A program made the position numbers and the translations under genes. Positions 1 through 9,836 of a stretch of DNA of 64,000 nt are shown piece after piece. The notes beneath the pieces were generated by a model, which had not been told where the DNA came from, searched no databases, and worked only from the letters and a program-made list of their open reading frames with translations. Source of the stretch: an uncultured virus (IMG/VR IMGVR_UViG_3300025012_000952) (lineage: Duplodnaviria; Heunggongvirae; Uroviricota; Caudoviricetes); IMG/VR virus record IMGVR_UViG_3300025012_000952, positions 1 to 64,000 of that record. One strand, given 5' to 3'. How positions within the stretch are numbered: the first letter of the stretch is position 1; every line of letters starts with the position of its first letter.

Positions 1-2723
1 TGGATTTAGGCATAGGTTTTGGTAGGGATGAATCTGAGTGGGAATCATCAGGATTGTCTTTTGATGAATGGAAATATAAAGAAGCTAAAGTTCCTTTTGA
101 GGAAAGATTTAATCTTATCATAAATAGAAATTTTCAAAAGGAATTAGATCTGCAAAAGAAATTGGATTTGTTATACAAGGAAAATTATGTAATTACCCAT
201 TCTATTGGTTCTAAAGGTAAAGTAGATTTTGATGAACACGACTCCGTAGAAATCAATCCTGTTTCTGGATTTACGGTATTTGATTGGATCGGAATAATTG
301 AAAGAGCTTCTAAAGTTCTTTGTACAGATAGTTGCATAGCTCATTTAGTGAATCAATTAGGGCTTGCTGTAGGTAGGAGAACTTTTCAACCTTTAGGTAA
401 TTATTTTGGAAGAACGTTAAAAATGGCTGTTCCGAAAATCAATTGGGAAGGTGAAAAGGAAGCCACTAAGATTAAAGCTCCTCGTGTTAAATCTAACAAA
501 TCAAACTGTACTCTACTTGTTTCATTACCGGGTTTACATACCGGAGACTGGCCCCTTTATCCTTTGGGGGTAGGCTATCTATCTTCTTCGTTGAAAAGAG
601 ATAGAAATGTATCATCTATACACTTTCAAAAAGAACGTCATGTAGATGATATTCTTCCTAAAATTTTGGCTAATTCTCGCCCCGACGTTGTAGGATTTAC
701 TTGCTCTACTTTTAATCGTGGAGCAGTTCGTAAAGCTATTCAATTGGTAAAAAGTATTCTTCCAGAATCTTCCGTAGTGCTTGGGGGAGTTCACGCTACG
801 TATTTTCCTCAACAAATGATTAAAAATTATGGGGCAGATTATGTAGTTATGGGAGAAGGAGAAAATACCCTTCGATATTTATGTAATGCTTTAGAAGAAA
901 AAATAGATTTGAAAAATATTCGTGGATTATCTTATTTAGATTTTCAAAACGAAGTTGCTATTAATCCTTCCGTTATTCCAATAGATAATTTAGATGATCT
1001 TCCTTTTCCTGATTATAGTTATGCAGAACAAATAATAAGAGATAGTAAGATGGGAAGTATCATAACTTCTAGAGGATGCCCCGCTCGTTGTAATTATTGC
1101 TCTACTAGTCATTATTGGGGACAAAAAATTAGAGTTCATTCCGTAGAAAGAGTTTTAGATGAAATTGAAAGACAAATAGATCTTTATGGAATTAAAAAGT
1201 TATTTTTTCATGACGATACTTTTAATTTATCAGAAATACGAGTTAAAGAAATTTGTCAAGGCATGATAGACAGAAAATTTAATTTAACTTGGGCCGCTCA
1301 TGGAAGGGTTCACCCGGTTTCCTCCGAAATGTTAGATGCCATGGTGGAAGCTGGGTGTCGTCATATTTGTTGGGGAATAGAATCTGGATCTAAAGAAATT
1401 CTTCAATCTATGAATAAAAAAATAGACTTTCAGCAAATTGAAAGAACGTATAATTTATGCACTAAATATAAAGATGTAATGACTACTGGGGCTTTTACCA
1501 TGGTAGGATACCCAGGGGAAACGGAACAAACTATAAAAGAGACTTGTAATTTTTTAAATAAAATTCCCTTGACGGATTCCCCCAGTTCCTCCGTTTTATA
1601 CGTTCTTCCGGGGACTCAAGTTTATAAGCAACTAGAAGATCGAATTGGGGATTCATATTGGGAAGATACGGATGATGTATTTTATAATACTACTGAACAC
1701 TCTTTGGAAACTCTTCATAAATGGGCAGGAATGGTAGGGGGCAGTGGAAATAGATTACCATTTGATATTAAAAAACATTTTTGGGATGGTGTTTTAATAG
1801 GAAAAATCCCTTCTCCTAAACCTCCTTCTTTAGATTTTAAAAAAAATTCTGATTGCCCCTTACATTTCTTTACTATAGTTTTGAATGGAATGCCTTTCAT
1901 AAGATACCATATAAGAATGTTGCAATCCCTTCCGTTTGATTGGCATTGGCATATTGTAGAGGGAGTAGCAGATTTAAAGTATGATACCCAATGGTCAATA
2001 GCATTAGGTGGTAAGATAGTAGATAAAATTCATAATAATGGATTGAGTAATGACGGCACTACAGAATATTTAGATTTATTAAAACAATTATTCCCAAATA
2101 AGATTTCTGTATATAGGAAAGGAAATGGTAATTTTTGGGATGGTAAAGTGGATATGGTTAACGCCCCTATTTCATATTTACCAGATAATTGTATACTTTG
2201 GCAAGTAGATGTAGATGAATTTTGGGATTTAAAAAGCATAAATAGAATGATAAAAATGTTTAAAGATGATAAAGAAAAGATGGCTGCTTATGTATATTGT
2301 CATTATTTCGTAGGTCCAAAAAAATATGTAGCATCTATGAATACTTGGGCTACTTTACCGGAAGATTGGTTACGAGTATTTAGATTTTACAAAGGATTTC
2401 ATTGGAAAAAACATGAGCCTCCGACGTTAGTGGATAAAGATGGAAAAGATTGGGGCAGAGAAAAATTTATATCTAGAGATGATACGTTAAGAAATGGAAT
2501 CTCTTTTCAACATTTTGCCTATGTAGATTATAAACAAGTTGAATTTAAGGAAATTTATTATGGTTATTCAGGGGCTATAAACAATTGGAAAAAGATGCAA
2601 AATACTAATGGAGAAGAAATTAACCCTCGTAAATTTTTACCATGGGCAGGAGATGCTTTAGTGAAAAATTGGAGTGATTATAATGGAGAAAAATTACTTT
2701 ACCCAGGCGAATGGATGTTATGA
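1..2723 (+). CDS. Multidomain protein (5'-truncated): glycosyltransferase-like N-terminus + B12-binding radical SAM domain + C-terminal GT2-like domain
   Basis: Frame is open back to position 3, so the gene starts upstream of the window. Motifs: YPLGVGYLSS and VVLGGVHAT (B12-binding), SRGCPARCNYC (CxxxCxxC), WQVDVDEFW (DxD, GT-A). N-terminal 'IERASKVLCTDSCIAHLVNQLG' resembles the GT9 C-terminal motif. Confidence 0.8.
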   Translation, partial: DLGIGFGRDESEWESSGLSFDEWKYKEAKVPFEERFNLIINRNFQKELDLQKKLDLLYKENYVITHSIGSKGKVDFDEHDSVEINPVSGFTVFDWIGIIERASKVLCTDSCIAHLVNQLGLAVGRRTFQPLGNYFGRTLKMAVPKINWEGEKEATKIKAPRVKSNKSNCTLLVSLPGLHTGDWPLYPLGVGYLSSSLKRDRNVSSIHFQKERHVDDILPKILANSRPDVVGFTCSTFNRGAVRKAIQLVKSILPESSVVLGGVHATYFPQQMIKNYGADYVVMGEGENTLRYLCNALEEKIDLKNIRGLSYLDFQNEVAINPSVIPIDNLDDLPFPDYSYAEQIIRDSKMGSIITSRGCPARCNYCSTSHYWGQKIRVHSVERVLDEIERQIDLYGIKKLFFHDDTFNLSEIRVKEICQGMIDRKFNLTWAAHGRVHPVSSEMLDAMVEAGCRHICWGIESGSKEILQSMNKKIDFQQIERTYNLCTKYKDVMTTGAFTMVGYPGETEQTIKETCNFLNKIPLTDSPSSSVLYVLPGTQVYKQLEDRIGDSYWEDTDDVFYNTTEHSLETLHKWAGMVGGSGNRLPFDIKKHFWDGVLIGKIPSPKPPSLDFKKNSDCPLHFFTIVLNGMPFIRYHIRMLQSLPFDWHWHIVEGVADLKYDTQWSIALGGKIVDKIHNNGLSNDGTTEYLDLLKQLFPNKISVYRKGNGNFWDGKVDMVNAPISYLPDNCILWQVDVDEFWDLKSINRMIKMFKDDKEKMAAYVYCHYFVGPKKYVASMNTWATLPEDWLRVFRFYKGFHWKKHEPPTLVDKDGKDWGREKFISRDDTLRNGISFQHFAYVDYKQVEFKEIYYGYSGAINNWKKMQNTNGEEINPRKFLPWAGDALVKNWSDYNGEKLLYPGEWML

Positions 2724-3517
2724 ATAATATAGATATTTCTCAGAAAACTTGGCATGTTAATAAGTACAAAGAAATGTTAGAAAAAGGACCAGAGGCTTGG
2801 GATGGACTTATTAATCCCGATAGTATATGGTACTTCTTGCACACAGATTGCATAGATAAAATTAAGGAATTTTTTCAAAATATACCTCCATCTACTTTTC
2901 TTACTTTGGGAGATGGGTACTGCGGGAGAGAAGCTATTCATATAAAAAGATTTGGGTTTGGTCATAAAGTTCACGCTTCTGATTGGCAACCTTGTCTTAT
3001 AGAATTGGCGCACAGTATGGGACTAGTAGATGAGTTTTCAAACCAAGATATGAATTCGTTAACTTTTGAAGATAATTCTTTTGACTTTGTTTTTATAAAA
3101 GAATCTCTTCATCATATGTCTAAACCATATCTTGGGCTTTATGAAATGTTTCGTGTGGCGAAAAAGGGAGTTATTTTGATAGAACCGAGTGGGGATAATG
3201 AACCCCGTTATCATTTCAATAATTTTGAACCAACGGGAAATTATATGTTTGGTTTTTCATCCCACGAATTAGTTAAAATAGGTCTAGCTTACGGATTTAA
3301 AAACTTTGTAGTAACGTATGCTTCCGTTCATTTTGGACGACATAATATTGATAATATTAATGCAGGGAAAGTAGATGAGGAGAAAAGGAGATTGATAAAT
3401 TTAGATAATCAACTTCCCTTGAAAGATAGGCCATTATTAATATTTTTCTTTTTGAAAGAAGAAAAACTTTTAGATGCTTTTAAAGATGAAAATAGATTTA
3501 AGAAAGTGAGGATCTAA
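2711..3517 (+). CDS. Class I SAM-dependent methyltransferase
   Basis: LTLGDGYCGRE motif I variant; DMNSLTFEDNSFDFVFIKESLHH; LYEMFRVAKKGVILIEP. Confidence 0.8.
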   Translation: MDVMNNIDISQKTWHVNKYKEMLEKGPEAWDGLINPDSIWYFLHTDCIDKIKEFFQNIPPSTFLTLGDGYCGREAIHIKRFGFGHKVHASDWQPCLIELAHSMGLVDEFSNQDMNSLTFEDNSFDFVFIKESLHHMSKPYLGLYEMFRVAKKGVILIEPSGDNEPRYHFNNFEPTGNYMFGFSSHELVKIGLAYGFKNFVVTYASVHFGRHNIDNINAGKVDEEKRRLINLDNQLPLKDRPLLIFFFLKEEKLLDAFKDENRFKKVRI

Positions 3518-3519
3518 AT

Positions 3520-4089
3520 TTGGTTCCCCATTATGCTGATTTTAAGGATAGAATATCTTCCGTAGAGGGCCTTTTATTTCCGGGGGAGGATGAATTTCTT
3601 TTTAATATGTCTGCCCAAATGCCTGAAGATGGCGTTATAGTTGAAATGGGTAGTTATTTGGGAAAGTCTTCAGTATCCTTGGGATTTCCTTGCTTAGGAA
3701 CTAAACGAAAAGTTTACTGCATAGATCTTTGGGGAACAGAATCTTGGTTTACTAGTTGGAAGGAAACGATAAATAAATTTGGACTTTCTGAAAATGTAAT
3801 TCCGTTGAGAGGATATGCTGGAGATATTTTACGAGATTGGGAAAAGTTGACCGGGGGAATAAAAATAAATATGGTATTTAATGATACTTCTCATTGTCTC
3901 CCAAGTGTTCTGAACGAGTTCGTTTTGGTTTATCCGTGGGTAAAAAATGAAGGGGTAATGGCTTTTCATGATTATACTCATGCATCTTACCCCGACGTAG
4001 CTAAAACTTGGGAAGTAGTGAAAACGATGTTATTGAATCATAAATCCATGGGATCAATTGTTTTAGGTAGAAAGGTTGAAATCAAATGA
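3520..4089 (+). CDS. Class I SAM methyltransferase (Methyltransf_24-like)
   Basis: IVEMGSYLGKSS, IDLW, FNDTSH, GVMAFHDY; TTG start. Confidence 0.8.
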   Translation: MVPHYADFKDRISSVEGLLFPGEDEFLFNMSAQMPEDGVIVEMGSYLGKSSVSLGFPCLGTKRKVYCIDLWGTESWFTSWKETINKFGLSENVIPLRGYAGDILRDWEKLTGGIKINMVFNDTSHCLPSVLNEFVLVYPWVKNEGVMAFHDYTHASYPDVAKTWEVVKTMLLNHKSMGSIVLGRKVEIK

Positions 4090-4769
4090 ATTTAATGATG
4101 GTCGATGCTCTATCAACTTTTGGTAAGACTTTGCGAGGAGTTATTCAAGATGTTAAGCCTAAGAAAATTATAGAAACTGGGACGTATTTGGGCAAAGGTA
4201 CTACCACCGTAATAGCATCGGCTTTGAGAGATTTTAATATTGACTCTACAAAATTTTACTCAATAGAAGTAAATCCTCAATATTTTCGATCTGCATATAT
4301 CCATCTTAGAGATATGGGTTTATTAGATTACGTGATGTTGATAAACGGATTATCTATATTCAGAAAACAACTTCCAAATAAAGATGAAATTAAGAAGAAT
4401 TTTTTGGATAAAGAATGGCCCAAAGAAGTCTATATCGACCATAGTAAAGAAACTAGAGTTGATCGTTACTTCGAAGAAACTAACTTTGATAATGTTCCAG
4501 AAGGAGTATTATTAACTTGTTTAGGAAAATTAAGTCAATCTCCTGATTTGGTACTTCTTGATAGTGGTGGTCATATAGGAGGGATCGAATTCGATACTTT
4601 GATTCCCGTTTTAAAGAAGGAATGTATTATTGCATTAGATGATGTTTTTCACGTAAAGCATTATACAAATTTGAAAAAAATAGAAAAAGATCCTAGATTC
4701 AAAATTTTATATTTATCTAAAGAAAAATTTGGGTACTGTATAACTCATTTTCGACCGGAGGTAACTTGA
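4086..4769 (+). CDS. Putative SAM methyltransferase
   Basis: IIETGTYLGKGTT, YSIEVN, LLDSGGH, IALDD. Confidence 0.65.
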   Translation: MNLMMVDALSTFGKTLRGVIQDVKPKKIIETGTYLGKGTTTVIASALRDFNIDSTKFYSIEVNPQYFRSAYIHLRDMGLLDYVMLINGLSIFRKQLPNKDEIKKNFLDKEWPKEVYIDHSKETRVDRYFEETNFDNVPEGVLLTCLGKLSQSPDLVLLDSGGHIGGIEFDTLIPVLKKECIIALDDVFHVKHYTNLKKIEKDPRFKILYLSKEKFGYCITHFRPEVT

Positions 4770-5785
4770 ATCCATTAAAACTTTTCTGGGGAACGGTAAC
4801 AACTGATAAAAACGTCGGAAACTTATTCGGCTACCGCACCCATAATACCATGCTTCGTAAATATACTGAAATGAGGGATGATGTAATAATAGTTGGTACT
4901 ATAGATGAAGCAGATGCATGTTTATATATCACCACTCCAGAAGTATTCAATTCCCGTCCAGATAAACCCACCTTTCTTTTTACGATGTTCGAAGCGACCC
5001 GTCTTCATGAAATGTATGCAGAGAAAATTCAGAAAGCGGACTTCATTTTAGTTCCTAGTAATTTTGTAAAAGGTATTTTTTCACCCCATTTTCCAGAAGA
5101 TAAAATTTGGGTAGTTCCGCATGGAGTAGAAGAAGATTTTGGATTTGTACTCCGAAAAAGGAACCCAAAAAAATTTCGTTACTTATGGATAGGTGCTCCG
5201 AATCCAAGGAAAGGATATCAAGAACTTATCTACGTTTGGGGGAAACTTGGTCTCGCTTCTAATCCAGAAATAGAGTTATATATAAAAACAACACGTGTTC
5301 CTAACGTGACGATTCAAAAAAAGGGAAACGTTATTTTAGACAGTAGAATCGCTACTAAGGAGGAAATGATAAAAATTTATCAAGATGCCCATTGCTTTGT
5401 TTGGCCAACTCGCGGTGAAGGATTCGGATTGCCGTTGGCAGAGGCCATGGCGACGGGACTTCCTTGCATAGCCACGGGATTTAGTGGGGTGCTAGATTTC
5501 TTTGATAAAAAAGTAGGATACCCTTTGAAATATAAATTAGGGTTGATGGACATGACCTCTCCGATATACGGGGATATGGGTAAGGTGGAAGCGGCTTTCC
5601 CTGATGTAGCTGATTTAGTAGAGAATATGGTTTTTGTTAAAAATAATTATAAGCATGCCTTGGAAAAAGGAAGATTAGCAAGTCATCGGATAAAAAGTAG
5701 ATTTACGTGGGAAAATTCTGCTGAAACTTTAGTCAACTCTATCCGAGCAGGATTGGAGGAGAATAGAAATGCCTTATGCCACTAA
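4766..5785 (+). CDS. GT4 (GT-B) glycosyltransferase
   Basis: RKG motif and PTRGEGFGLPLAEAMATGLPCIAT. Confidence 0.88.
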   Translation: MNPLKLFWGTVTTDKNVGNLFGYRTHNTMLRKYTEMRDDVIIVGTIDEADACLYITTPEVFNSRPDKPTFLFTMFEATRLHEMYAEKIQKADFILVPSNFVKGIFSPHFPEDKIWVVPHGVEEDFGFVLRKRNPKKFRYLWIGAPNPRKGYQELIYVWGKLGLASNPEIELYIKTTRVPNVTIQKKGNVILDSRIATKEEMIKIYQDAHCFVWPTRGEGFGLPLAEAMATGLPCIATGFSGVLDFFDKKVGYPLKYKLGLMDMTSPIYGDMGKVEAAFPDVADLVENMVFVKNNYKHALEKGRLASHRIKSRFTWENSAETLVNSIRAGLEENRNALCH

Positions 5786-6332
5786 AGTACAAGTTAAAGC
5801 ATATTTGGAAATTAAGACTTCTGAAATTAGTAAGGATGATTTAATTGACGCTTTGATCGGTTTCTGCGATGAATTTATCAATGAATATTGTAATAGAACT
5901 TTTACTCAGGCAGCTGTAACAGAGTACCACGATGGTGGATCAAATAAAGTATTTCTTAATAGATTCCCTGTAGCATCTTCTCCGGCAGTTCAAGTTTGGG
6001 ATAGTTGGGATAGGTCTTATGCCAGTACGGATTTAATCGACTCCGATGATTATTTTGTAGATACTGAAAATGGTATCCTTAAATTTGATTATGATATTGG
6101 AGGATCTCCGGGAGCGGTAAAAGTTACTTATACTGGTGGGTATTCTACCATTCCCGGTCCTATAACTCAGGCTTGTATTGAATTGGTAGCTAGAAAATTG
6201 AAAGAGGGTCCTAGTGGAGGGTTAGGGGTTCCTAGTAGATCCCTTCCTAATGGGGGTAGTGTAACATTTGAAATTGGTGCTCTTCTTTCTCAAACTAAGA
6301 TAGCTCTAGATGCCTACAGTGTATTACCCTAA
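5769..6332 (+). CDS. Head-tail connector/adaptor protein (gp6/gp15-like)
   Basis: YATKVQVKAYL, INEYCNRTF, VKVTYTGGY..IP..ITQACIELV; sits before neck and terminator genes. The last codons probably come from the TnpB element end. Confidence 0.8.
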   Translation: MPYATKVQVKAYLEIKTSEISKDDLIDALIGFCDEFINEYCNRTFTQAAVTEYHDGGSNKVFLNRFPVASSPAVQVWDSWDRSYASTDLIDSDDYFVDTENGILKFDYDIGGSPGAVKVTYTGGYSTIPGPITQACIELVARKLKEGPSGGLGVPSRSLPNGGSVTFEIGALLSQTKIALDAYSVLP

Positions 6333-6480
6333 ATGAAGCAACTTTCGTCGCTTCAACATAGGATTTCCGGTTTCACGAGCACTAGCAAGGACAGAGGACT
6401 TACGTCCTCTGCCTTGGCTGACGGTGCCTCCACCGGCAGTCACGGCGATCCCCGCCGCGATCATTCTTTGGGCTTCATTT
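6319..6480 (-). ncRNA. Putative TnpB omegaRNA (reRNA) scaffold overlapping the tnpB 3' end
   Basis: Minus-strand hairpin TGAAGCGAC-GAAA-GTTGCTTCA (6334-6355) followed by ..TAATACAC, at the usual omegaRNA position. 5' limit is approximate. Confidence 0.6.
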
Positions 6481-7538
6481 CTAATATTCTTAGCGGCATT
6501 GACATCGCGGTCGTGCAAGGTCTTGCACCTATCGCATCGCCAAGAACGAATGTTAAGAGGCATCTCAGATTGAACATGAAGACAGACGGAGCAAGCTTTG
6601 CTAGAGGGGAAGAAACGATTCACTTTGATGAAACCTTTTCCTACCCTCTCAGTTTTATAACGGAGGAATTCAACCAAAGTTCCCCATCCTACATCGCTGA
6701 TAGCCTTAGCAAGTTTATGATTCTTCATCATACCTTTAACATGCAAATCCTCGACGGCAATGACTTGGTTTTCGTCAACAAGCCGTCGAGAAATCTTATG
6801 GAGATAATCTTTCCTACAATTAACAACCTTTTCATGGGCCTTAGCTACCAAAATTCTGGCTTTGTTTCTAGATTTACTTCCTTTCATTTTTCTAGAAAGT
6901 TTTTTCTGTTTCCTTTTCAAATTCTTTTCAGCCTTCAAAAGATGGCGAGGATTATCAAATTTAGCCCCATCACTAGTAATAGCAAGATGATTCAAACCAA
7001 CATCAATTCCAATAACTTTTCCTTCAAAAGAAGGAGAAGGAATGGGAACCCCATTATCCGTCAGAATAGAAGCAAAATATTTACCAGAAGGAACACGACT
7101 AATCGTAACAGTTTTGATTTTACCTATGATTTCTCTGTGAATGATGGCTTTTACCAAACCAATTTTAGGAAGGTAAATTTTATTTTCTACAATTTTAACG
7201 CTTTGTGGGTATTGAATAGATTGATTTCCTCTTTTAGATTTGAATTTAGGATACTTTGCTCGACGTTCAAAAAAGTTTATGAAAGCTCGGGACATATGAA
7301 GACAAACGGATGTCAACACCTGACTATGTGTTTCAGAAAGCCAAGGATACTCTTCTTTAAGTTTAGGAAGACGATAAGTCAATCCAAACTGACTAAAACC
7401 TTTCCCCGTTTCTTGATAAACTTTTTGGGTTTCTGCAAGGCTATTATTCCAAAGCCATCTAGCACAACCAAACGCTTTTGCAAGAGATTCTTCTTGCAAA
7501 GCGGACGGGTAGATGCGGATTTTGGTGGCTGTTAACAT
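6324..7538 (-). CDS. tnpB: TnpB RNA-guided endonuclease (IS200/IS605 family, IS1341-like, no tnpA)
   Basis: N-terminal HTH (KIRIYPS..Q...L.KAFGCARWLWN); RuvC triad intact (IGIDVG, IAVEDL, DRDVNAAKNI); Zn ribbon CSVC/CDRC. Start more likely ATG 7538 than 7643. Confidence 0.95.
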   Translation of the reverse strand: MLTATKIRIYPSALQEESLAKAFGCARWLWNNSLAETQKVYQETGKGFSQFGLTYRLPKLKEEYPWLSETHSQVLTSVCLHMSRAFINFFERRAKYPKFKSKRGNQSIQYPQSVKIVENKIYLPKIGLVKAIIHREIIGKIKTVTISRVPSGKYFASILTDNGVPIPSPSFEGKVIGIDVGLNHLAITSDGAKFDNPRHLLKAEKNLKRKQKKLSRKMKGSKSRNKARILVAKAHEKVVNCRKDYLHKISRRLVDENQVIAVEDLHVKGMMKNHKLAKAISDVGWGTLVEFLRYKTERVGKGFIKVNRFFPSSKACSVCLHVQSEMPLNIRSWRCDRCKTLHDRDVNAAKNIRNEAQRMIAAGIAVTAGGGTVSQGRGRKSSVLASARETGNPMLKRRKLLHLG

Positions 7539-7544
7539 GATATT

Positions 7545-7572
7545 AGTATATACTAAATTCGTAGTAAGTAAA
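7545..7572 (-). promoter_or_regulatory. Putative sigma70-type promoter for a leaderless tnpB transcript
   Basis: Minus strand TTTACT-N16-TATACT, 6 nt before ATG 7538; no SD. Confidence 0.4.
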
Positions 7573-7636
7573 AGAAATATTTTCTTTTGGAAATGAAATT
7601 TGTTATTCTCTTGATCTAAATTGAAAGGCGCAGAAA

Positions 7637-8155
7637 ATGGCAAACTCTTTCGAACTGAAATTCGTTCTCCCTCCGGGGACTAGTGCTATTTCTAGATTAC
7701 CTCCTTTGATTCAATCTAACGTTATTAGAGCTTTAAAAGATGGAATGCTAATAGCAGAAAGAATATCAAAAACTCAATATTTATCTGGCCCTCGTCCAGA
7801 AAAATTAGCGGTAAAAACGGGGCTTTTGAGAAGTAGAGTTTTAGGAATTCTGGCTGGGACTGGGGGCGATCCAAAAGTATTTGCTTCAGGTGTTTTAGGC
7901 GTATCAGGAGTAATTTATGCTCGTATTCATGAATTAGGGGGTATTACTAAACCACATCCTATTGAAGCTAGAAATAAGCCTAGATTAGTTTTCTTTTGGA
8001 AAAAGAAAGGAATTTGGATGAGCATTCGAAAAGTAAGCCATCCGGGGTCTAGAATCCCTGCTCGTCCTTATCTAAGACCGGCTTTTGATCAAGCAAAACC
8101 TAGCATAGAAAATTTGATACAATTGGCTATAAATAAAGCATACAAGGATAGCTAA
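7637..8155 (+). CDS. Neck/virion morphogenesis protein (HK97 gp10-like)
   Basis: KTGLLRS, YARIHELGG, IPARPYLRPA motifs. Confidence 0.8.
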   Translation: MANSFELKFVLPPGTSAISRLPPLIQSNVIRALKDGMLIAERISKTQYLSGPRPEKLAVKTGLLRSRVLGILAGTGGDPKVFASGVLGVSGVIYARIHELGGITKPHPIEARNKPRLVFFWKKKGIWMSIRKVSHPGSRIPARPYLRPAFDQAKPSIENLIQLAINKAYKDS

Positions 8156-8574
8156 TGTCAACACGAAACGATATTTTAGAGGATATTAAAACTTGTTTGA
8201 AAGATTATTCTAAAGCTACAGATGTAGTCAGGAAATTTGTTTTTTTTGATGAGGTTCCGGCATTTCCTTATTTAATGGTATTAGGGGGGGATGAACCTTT
8301 TGAAGATGAATTAGGGGATTCTACTTTAAGTCGTATGCGAGTTAGGGTAGTTGGTTATTCTAAGAGTGCAGAGGAACCTGAACAGGAGCAATGTGATTTA
8401 ATAGAAGATGTTCTTAAATGTCTGGATGATGATACATTTAATCTAAGAAAGAAATATATGCGTCCATTGGGTGTTGAAACTGACGAAGGTATGTTACATT
8501 CAGCAGGAAATGGAGTTGCTATGTTTGTTCTGAATTTGGAACTTACGTATAAATTTTTAAGGAGCGCACCTTAA
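8155..8574 (+). CDS. Tail terminator/completion protein
   Basis: Size, position and MSTR..I...I / FPYLMV pattern. Confidence 0.6.
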   Translation: MSTRNDILEDIKTCLKDYSKATDVVRKFVFFDEVPAFPYLMVLGGDEPFEDELGDSTLSRMRVRVVGYSKSAEEPEQEQCDLIEDVLKCLDDDTFNLRKKYMRPLGVETDEGMLHSAGNGVAMFVLNLELTYKFLRSAP

Positions 8575-9329
8575 TGGAAAGTAATAAATATTGGGATAGT
8601 TCTATAAAACTTGGTTGGGCTTGCCCTTTGTCATGGCCTTATTTGAATTCCACTACCCACATTTCTTTACTAGCTATGGATCGTCCTGATTTTATTCTTC
8701 TAGAAGCATCTAGAGGAGGAGATATTGCTGAAAAGAGAGAAGCTCAAGTAGATGAAGGATTACGATTGGGATGTACCCATATAGTATTACTAGATGCAGA
8801 TATGGTTTATCCCCCAAGCACTTTACGAGATTTATTTTCAATAATGGAATCTCATAATGCTGATATGGTGGGAGGACTTTGTTACAGAGGGTACGAGCCA
8901 TATGATCCTCTCATTTGGAATCCTACTGAGGAGGGTTTACTTAAACCCTTTGAAGATTACAAATTCGGAGATATAGTATCCGCAGGGGCTACGGGTGCCG
9001 CTTGTTTATTGGTCAAGCGGGGTGTTTTTGAAAAGCTACCTCGTCCATGGTTTCGTGTTCAGACGGAAGAGAAAACGGTGGATGGCAAGATCGTTGTAAT
9101 TCGAAGGGGGGAAGATACTTATTTTACTAGGAATGCAACTAAAGCTGGATTTAAACTTTTGATTAATACTGATTATGATATTGGGCATCTTAGGGAGTTT
9201 GCTGTGGATCGTCATTTTTGGATTACTTACGGCATACTTAACCAGCTTGGAAACTGGGGTACGGCTTTTAAATTATTTAGAAAACTGAAGGATAAAGAGT
9301 GGTTGAAGAAAGAGTTCGGGGGAGATTAA
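8574..9329 (+). CDS. GT2-like glycosyltransferase
   Basis: THIVLLDADM (DxD), GAACLLVKRGVFEKL..PWF, GEDTYF. Confidence 0.8.
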   Translation: MESNKYWDSSIKLGWACPLSWPYLNSTTHISLLAMDRPDFILLEASRGGDIAEKREAQVDEGLRLGCTHIVLLDADMVYPPSTLRDLFSIMESHNADMVGGLCYRGYEPYDPLIWNPTEEGLLKPFEDYKFGDIVSAGATGAACLLVKRGVFEKLPRPWFRVQTEEKTVDGKIVVIRRGEDTYFTRNATKAGFKLLINTDYDIGHLREFAVDRHFWITYGILNQLGNWGTAFKLFRKLKDKEWLKKEFGGD

Positions 9330-9422
9330 AAAATTTAAGGGAGGCTCCGCAAGGAGTAATTATAATGATGGAAGTAGAGGGTTTTCCAACAACTAGACAA
9401 TATGTAGGAAAGGAGAATTAGT

Positions 9423-9836
9423 ATGGGCGACCCTTTGATGGGGAGGTATGCAAGTATTAAGAAAGGTTCCGTATTAGTCGAAAACTTGGGAAAATGGACC
9501 CTTGATATTAAGATGGATGAGATTGATACTTCCGTCTTTGGGTCTGTTTGGGGAAAGAAGATTCCTGGAATGCAGGCGTGGACCGGGACGGTGGAAGGAT
9601 TTTATGACCCCGCTGATACAAATGGTCAGAAGGCCCTTCATGATGCGGCGTTGGCGGCAACCAAGTTGACAGATATTCGGTTCTTTATTGACTCCACCAG
9701 CTACTGGACTCCTGATGTCACTGCGGAGACTGCCGCCGGAGCGTACATTTCTTCTATCAACGTGGGACACGACAAGGCAGGTGTAGCATCGATCACTATG
9801 AATGTGATCGGATACGGTAAAATCGCACTCGTGTAA
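9423..9836 (+). CDS. Major tail tube protein
   Basis: KWTLDI..DEIDTS.FG..W.KKIPG...WTGTVEGFYD pattern; strong SD (GAAAGGAG); higher-GC codon usage. Confidence 0.8.
   Translation: MGDPLMGRYASIKKGSVLVENLGKWTLDIKMDEIDTSVFGSVWGKKIPGMQAWTGTVEGFYDPADTNGQKALHDAALAATKLTDIRFFIDSTSYWTPDVTAETAAGAYISSINVGHDKAGVASITMNVIGYGKIALV

Larger units (their letters stand above)
6319..7620 (-). mobile_element. TnpB-only IS200/IS605-family insertion, antisense within the virion operon
   Basis: tnpB ORF plus right-end hairpin followed by GGGTAATACAC. The left-end boundary is not resolved (somewhere in 7540-7630). Confidence 0.7.

Noticed and set aside
6319..7620. IStron (group I intron + TnpB)
   Set aside because: Element is antisense to the host operon and has no room or motifs for a group I core
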